DNA of 64,000 nucleotides from an uncultured Chloroflexia bacterium (GTDB lineage Bacteria; Chloroflexota; Limnocylindria; Limnocylindrales; CSP1-4): NCBI GenBank assembly GCA_963748625.1, contig CAVVJT010000010.1, positions 704,001 to 768,000 of the forward strand, read 5' to 3'. Shown piece by piece: positions 59,676 to 64,000 of this stretch (position 1 is its first letter; each line of letters starts with the position of its first letter). The notes under the pieces were generated by a model. It saw only the letters and a program-made list of their open reading frames with translations, ran no database searches and was not told where the DNA came from. The position numbers and the translations under genes were made by a program.

Positions 59676-60478
59676 CAGTGAACCTCCGGCACACGGGGCC
59701 TGGTCGCAGTTTCGACGGGTGCCGCAGGGCCTGCGGCGACGATGACTTCGACCCCTCGCTCGCGGACGGCGTCAAGGATGTCGGGCGCCACGGCGGAATC
59801 GGTCACGAGGACATCGACATCCTCGAGTCCGAACACGAATCCGGGCTCGACCAGGGCGAACTTGGACGCGTCGGCAAGGACCACGCAGGTGCGCGCCATC
59901 CGGCGGAGCGCCCGGTCGGTTAGGATCTCGGGAACCGAATCGTTCATCAGCCCCTGCTCGGGGTTGATCGCGCCCACGCCCATCACCAGCAGGTCCGCGC
60001 GCAGCTCATCGGTGGCGAGTTCGGCGAGATGGCCCAGCATCGAGTGCATCTTCGGGCGGACCACACCACCCAGGACGATCAGCTCGATCCCCTCCCTGTC
60101 GAGCAGGGCGTTGGCCACGTCAAGCGCGTTCGTGATGACCGTGAGCCGGCGGCCGGCCAGCTCACGCGCGAACGCGAGCGCGGTGCTGCCGCTGCCAATC
60201 GCGACCGTGGCACCATCAAGAACGAGGCGGGCCGCCGCACCCGCGATCGCGAGCTTCGCGCCTGCCTGGGGGTCGGCCAGCGTTCCGGCAGGGATGCGGT
60301 CGGCCAGGGCGGCGCCGCCATAGGTCCGCACGACCCTGCCCTCACGGGCGAGACGGTCGAGATCGCGGCGGATGGTCGAAGGAGTGACGCCCAGCACTGC
60401 GGCGAGGCCGGCGACAGAATCGCGCCCGGTGGCCTGCAGCTGGTCGAGGATGCGCGATCGGCGCTCGGCGTCCCGCAT
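59675..60478 (-). CDS. DeoR/GlpR transcriptional regulator
   Basis: TIRRDL, RTYGGA, GSGST, LADASKF; alternative start 60487. Confidence 0.92.
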   Translation of the reverse strand: MRDAERRSRILDQLQATGRDSVAGLAAVLGVTPSTIRRDLDRLAREGRVVRTYGGAALADRIPAGTLADPQAGAKLAIAGAAARLVLDGATVAIGSGSTALAFARELAGRRLTVITNALDVANALLDREGIELIVLGGVVRPKMHSMLGHLAELATDELRADLLVMGVGAINPEQGLMNDSVPEILTDRALRRMARTCVVLADASKFALVEPGFVFGLEDVDVLVTDSAVAPDILDAVRERGVEVIVAAGPAAPVETATRPRVPEVH

Positions 60479-60591
60479 GCGCACCATGATGGGCCTCTCG
60501 TGCGCGTTGTGTCAATGATTCTGCGTGATATGCGCATTCTGCTTGAACTGGTGCGCGTTTGTTGCGCACTGGCGCGCAGGGCGCCTACGAT
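60479..60591. promoter_or_regulatory. Divergent promoters with repeated TGCGC motifs (candidate DeoR operators)
   Basis: Minus strand TTGACA-N18-CATCAT; plus strand TACGAT; several TGCGC(A/G) words. Confidence 0.6.
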
Positions 60592-60598
60592 CCACTGC

Positions 60599-61555
60599 AT
60601 GACCCACACGAAGCGCGACCTGGACCTTCTGGTCGTGGGCGAGATCAACCCGGACATCGTGGTCACCGACCCGGACCCCGTCCCGATCTTCGGGCAGGCG
60701 GAACGGATCGTGGCGTCCGTGCGCCTGGTGCCCGGATCCTCATCGGTGATCGCAGCGATGGGTGCGGCTCGGCTCGGCCTGCGGGTCGCCATGGTCGGCG
60801 TGGTAGGCGACGACGCGCTCGGTCGCTTCATGCTCGACGCGCTGGCCGGTCGCGGGATCGATGTCGCCGCCTGCCGGATCGCGACCGGGAGGCCCACCGG
60901 CGCCAGCGTGATCCTGGGCAACGGCACGGACCGCGCGATCCTGACTGCCCTCGGCACCATCGCGGACACTCGCGTCACGGACGTCCCGCCCGCGCTGCTC
61001 GCTCGTGTCCGTCACTTGCACGTTGCCAGCTTCTTCCTCCAGCCCTCGCTGGCGGCAAGCGTGCCCGCGCTCTTCGCGGCCGCCCGCGCGGCGGGCGCCA
61101 CCACGAGCCTCGATCCGAACTGGGACCCGGCCGACCGCTGGGACGGCGGGTTCGCTGCCGCCGCGGCGCAGGCAGACCTGCTCCTGCCCAACGGCGAGGA
61201 GGCATGCCGGCTCACGGGCCTGGAGAACGTGGAGGACGCCGCCCGCTCGCTCGCGGGCAACGGCGGTCGGACGGTCGCTGTCAAGCTCGGCGCCGATGGC
61301 GCGCTGGGCGTCGGGCGGGACGGCATGCTTGCGCGCGTGGCGGCCCCGGCCGGGATCGAGGCGATCGATACGACCGGCGCTGGCGACTCGTTCGATGCCG
61401 GGTTCCTCGCCGGGTGGCTTGGCGATGCCAGCCTGTCGGAAGCGCTGCGTCTCGCGGTGGCATGCGGCACACTCTCGACGCGCGCGCCCGGCGGCACCGA
61501 CGGCCAGGCGACACGCGCCGAGGCCCTCGCGGCCTTTCCCGCAGGCAGGAGCTGA
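60599..61555 (+). CDS. PfkB-family carbohydrate kinase
   Basis: GVVGDDALG, PNGEEA, DTTGAGDSF. Confidence 0.92.
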   Translation: MTHTKRDLDLLVVGEINPDIVVTDPDPVPIFGQAERIVASVRLVPGSSSVIAAMGAARLGLRVAMVGVVGDDALGRFMLDALAGRGIDVAACRIATGRPTGASVILGNGTDRAILTALGTIADTRVTDVPPALLARVRHLHVASFFLQPSLAASVPALFAAARAAGATTSLDPNWDPADRWDGGFAAAAAQADLLLPNGEEACRLTGLENVEDAARSLAGNGGRTVAVKLGADGALGVGRDGMLARVAAPAGIEAIDTTGAGDSFDAGFLAGWLGDASLSEALRLAVACGTLSTRAPGGTDGQATRAEALAAFPAGRS

Positions 61556-61917
61556 CCCGGAAGGCGCGATCTCGCCCCCATGTAGCCCGCTTCGACAGGA
61601 CGCGCGCTGGTTGGCCCGGTTCGGCGTTGGCTGGCGCGAGCGTCGCCTGCCCCGGACTCCGGGCTCCGGGCTCCGGGCTGGGCTACCGCCGCCCGCGCCC
61701 ACCTGCCGCCCAGCGGCTCGCACGTGCATGATTCCGCACACTCGTGCCGCTCAGCGGGCGAGAGGGGGTCAGTCAGCGCCGGATCTCGGCGCGCTGCCCA
61801 GCCAGCGGCACGACTGCGCGGTTCTCTGCACGCAAGACCCGCTGGCCGGTTGGCGTCCGCGACACGGGCGGTGGCCGCGTCCGGCGCCGCCCTGGCGGGA
61901 TCCTCGGTCGTCGACGC

Positions 61918-62391
61918 CTACTCGGCCGGCTCCGCCAGCTGTTCCAACCGTCGCTTGACCCGCCCCAGCGAGCCGCGATCGGCGAACGCCACGAACACGG
62001 TGTCATCGCCCGCGATCGAGCCTGCCACCTCGGGCCAGCGGGCGCGATCGAGCGCGGCCGCCAGCGGATGCGCGGACCCGGGCAGCGTCCGAAGCACGAG
62101 CATCGTGCCCGCCTCCCGGATCTCCACCGGCATCTCGCGCAGGAGCCGGCGCATACGGTCCTCACCGCTGGAGTCCGCCTCACGCAGGCGCGGCGGGATG
62201 GCGTAGGCCTGGGTCCCGTTGCGGCCGGCCTTGACCAGGCCCAGCTCCGCCACGTCGCGCGAGATCGTGGCCTGCGTGGTCCGGAATCCGCGCTCGCGGA
62301 GGGCAGCTGCCAGCTCCTGCTGGGTGCGGATCGGCCGCTGCTCCACCAGGTCCCGGATCGCCCGCTGGCGGAGCTGCTTCATGACCTCCAT
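61918..62391 (-). CDS. argR: Arginine repressor
   Basis: TQQEL, TQATISRD, GSIAGDDT. Confidence 0.94.
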   Translation of the reverse strand: MEVMKQLRQRAIRDLVEQRPIRTQQELAAALRERGFRTTQATISRDVAELGLVKAGRNGTQAYAIPPRLREADSSGEDRMRRLLREMPVEIREAGTMLVLRTLPGSAHPLAAALDRARWPEVAGSIAGDDTVFVAFADRGSLGRVKRRLEQLAEPAE

Positions 62392-62403
62392 CGCAACCGT
62401 CCC

Positions 62404-63240
62404 CTACCGCGCCAGGAACACCACGACCACCACGGCCGCCAGCACGAGCCGGTACACCACGAAGATCGTGAAGGAGTTGGTCCGCAGGTAGCGCAGCAGC
62501 ACGGAGATCGCGAGGATCCCGGCCACGAAGGACGAGACCACGCCCACGAGCAACGTGAGCGGCTCGGCTCCTCCCACCTCGCCCCGGACGAGCTTGAGGC
62601 CCTCGTACGCCACCGCCATCGCAGTGATCGGGGTGGCCATGAGGAACGAGTAGCGCGCGGCGTCGGCCCGGTCGAGGCCCGCGAGCAGCCCCGCCGACAT
62701 GGAGATGCCGGAGCGCGAGACACCCGGCACCAGGGCGAGCGCCTGGGCGAAGCCGATGCCCAGCGCGCCCTTGCGCGTCAGGCGGTCGATGGTGTGGGTG
62801 CGGGGGCCCCAGCGGTCGGCGGCCCACATGATCCCTGCCCCGACGACCAGCATCGCGGCGACGAGGCCGGCCTCGCGGAACGCCGTCTCGGCAAGGTCGT
62901 TGAGCAGGAATGCGATGACGGCCGCCGGCAGCGTCGAGAGCACCAGCAGCCAGATGAGGCGGCGGTCGGGGTCGTCGGCGAGCGAGCGGTCGCGGATGGA
63001 GGCGAAGAACGCCGGGATCATCCGCATCCAGTCCTTGCGGAAGTACACCAGGAGCGCGGCCAGGGTCCCGCCGTGGAGCACAACGGAGAACGCGAGCGAC
63101 TCGATGAACGACTCGGCGGACGGGTCCGTCCAGCCGAACAGGTACGGGATGAGGATGGCGTGACCGGACGAGGAGATCGGCAGGAACTCGGTGAGCCCCT
63201 GCACGACCCCCATGATCAGCGCCTGGATGAGCTGGTCCAT
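62404..63240 (-). CDS. uppP: Undecaprenyl-diphosphate phosphatase
   Basis: QGLTEFLPISSSGH, PGVSRSG. Confidence 0.95.
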   Translation of the reverse strand: MDQLIQALIMGVVQGLTEFLPISSSGHAILIPYLFGWTDPSAESFIESLAFSVVLHGGTLAALLVYFRKDWMRMIPAFFASIRDRSLADDPDRRLIWLLVLSTLPAAVIAFLLNDLAETAFREAGLVAAMLVVGAGIMWAADRWGPRTHTIDRLTRKGALGIGFAQALALVPGVSRSGISMSAGLLAGLDRADAARYSFLMATPITAMAVAYEGLKLVRGEVGGAEPLTLLVGVVSSFVAGILAISVLLRYLRTNSFTIFVVYRLVLAAVVVVVFLAR

Positions 63241-63248
63241 GGATCAGT

Positions 63249-63286
63249 CCCGGGCGGCCGGCACCCGTGAGGGCCGGCCGCCCGGG
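63249..63286. other. 14-bp GC hairpin between hppA and uppP
   Basis: CCCGGGCGGCCGGC/GCCGGCCGCCCGGG; no U-tract on the gene strand. Confidence 0.55.
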
Positions 63287-63300
63287 CCTTTCGTTCTTGC

Positions 63301-64000
63301 CTAGCGGATGAACAGCGGGGCGAGGACGAGGGTGATCGTCGCAATGAGCTTCACGAGGACGTGGAGCGACGGACCGGCGGTGTCCTTGAACGGGTCACCT
63401 ACGGTGTCGCCGACGACGGCCGCGGCATGGGCCTCGGAGCCCTTGCCGAGCACGTTGCCCTGATCGTCCTTGAGATTGCCGGACTCGATGTACTTCTTGG
63501 CGTTGTCCCACGCGCCGCCGCCGTTGTTGAGGACGGTGGCGAGGAGGACGCCGGCGATGGTGCCGACCATCAGGAAGCCCGCGACCGCCTCGTAGCCGAG
63601 GAGCAGGCCCACGACGATCGGGGCGAAGACCGCCACGAGACCCGGGGCGACCATCTGCCTGAGCGCCGCCTTGGTCGTGATGTCCACGACGCGGGCGTAA
63701 TCCGGCTTCTGGGTGTAGTCCATGATGCCGGGCATCTCGCGGAACTGGCGCCGGACCTCGACGATGATCGACTGGGCCGTGGTGCCCACGGCGCGGATGG
63801 CGAGGCTGCTGAAGAAGTACACGAGCATCGCTGCGACGAGGGCCGCGACGAACACGTTGACGTTGGCCAGGTTGACCGACGTCAGGAGCTTGACGCCCTC
63901 CTTGCCGGCCTCGATCTGGTTGCCCAGGATCAGGTTGACCTTGTCGATGTACGCGGAGAACAGCAGGAACGCGGCCAGCGAGGCGGACGCGATCGCGTAG
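63301..64000 (-). CDS. hppA: Membrane H+/Na+-translocating pyrophosphatase (C-terminal part)
   Basis: EVRRQF, GGAWDNAKKYIE, VGDTVGDPFKDTAGPS; runs off right edge. Confidence 0.95.
   Translation of the reverse strand, partial: YAIASASLAAFLLFSAYIDKVNLILGNQIEAGKEGVKLLTSVNLANVNVFVAALVAAMLVYFFSSLAIRAVGTTAQSIIVEVRRQFREMPGIMDYTQKPDYARVVDITTKAALRQMVAPGLVAVFAPIVVGLLLGYEAVAGFLMVGTIAGVLLATVLNNGGGAWDNAKKYIESGNLKDDQGNVLGKGSEAHAAAVVGDTVGDPFKDTAGPSLHVLVKLIATITLVLAPLFIR

Overview
High-GC bacterial chromosome segment; gene style (Trp T-box, class I LysRS, heliorhodopsin, many leaderless starts) suggests Chloroflexota, which is inference only. Mostly core metabolism: shikimate operon (aroF-aroA-aroE-aroC-aroKB-chorismate mutase-gluQ) behind a candidate Tyr/Phe leader-peptide attenuator; cydABDC; a T-box-controlled trp operon with a 942-aa TrpC-TrpF-TrpB triple fusion; serS, class I lysS, greA; a DeoR-regulated GH4/SIS/ABC/amidohydrolase sugar cluster; argR, uppP, partial hppA; three tRNAs including a rare tRNA-Arg(GCG). 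Accessory highlights: a heliorhodopsin at the end of a PlsY-like/MacB-type permease/MFP/lipoprotein run; an ECF sigma with a novel repeat-containing anti-sigma; and a three-gene module (44435-46941) of a QRxAGN-motif HExxH metalloprotease, a coupled immunity-like gene and a stand-alone 66-aa QRxAGN mini-protein, the best candidate for an undescribed system. About seven small indels in otherwise intact genes look like assembly errors. No CRISPR array, rRNA, transposase or integrase was seen.
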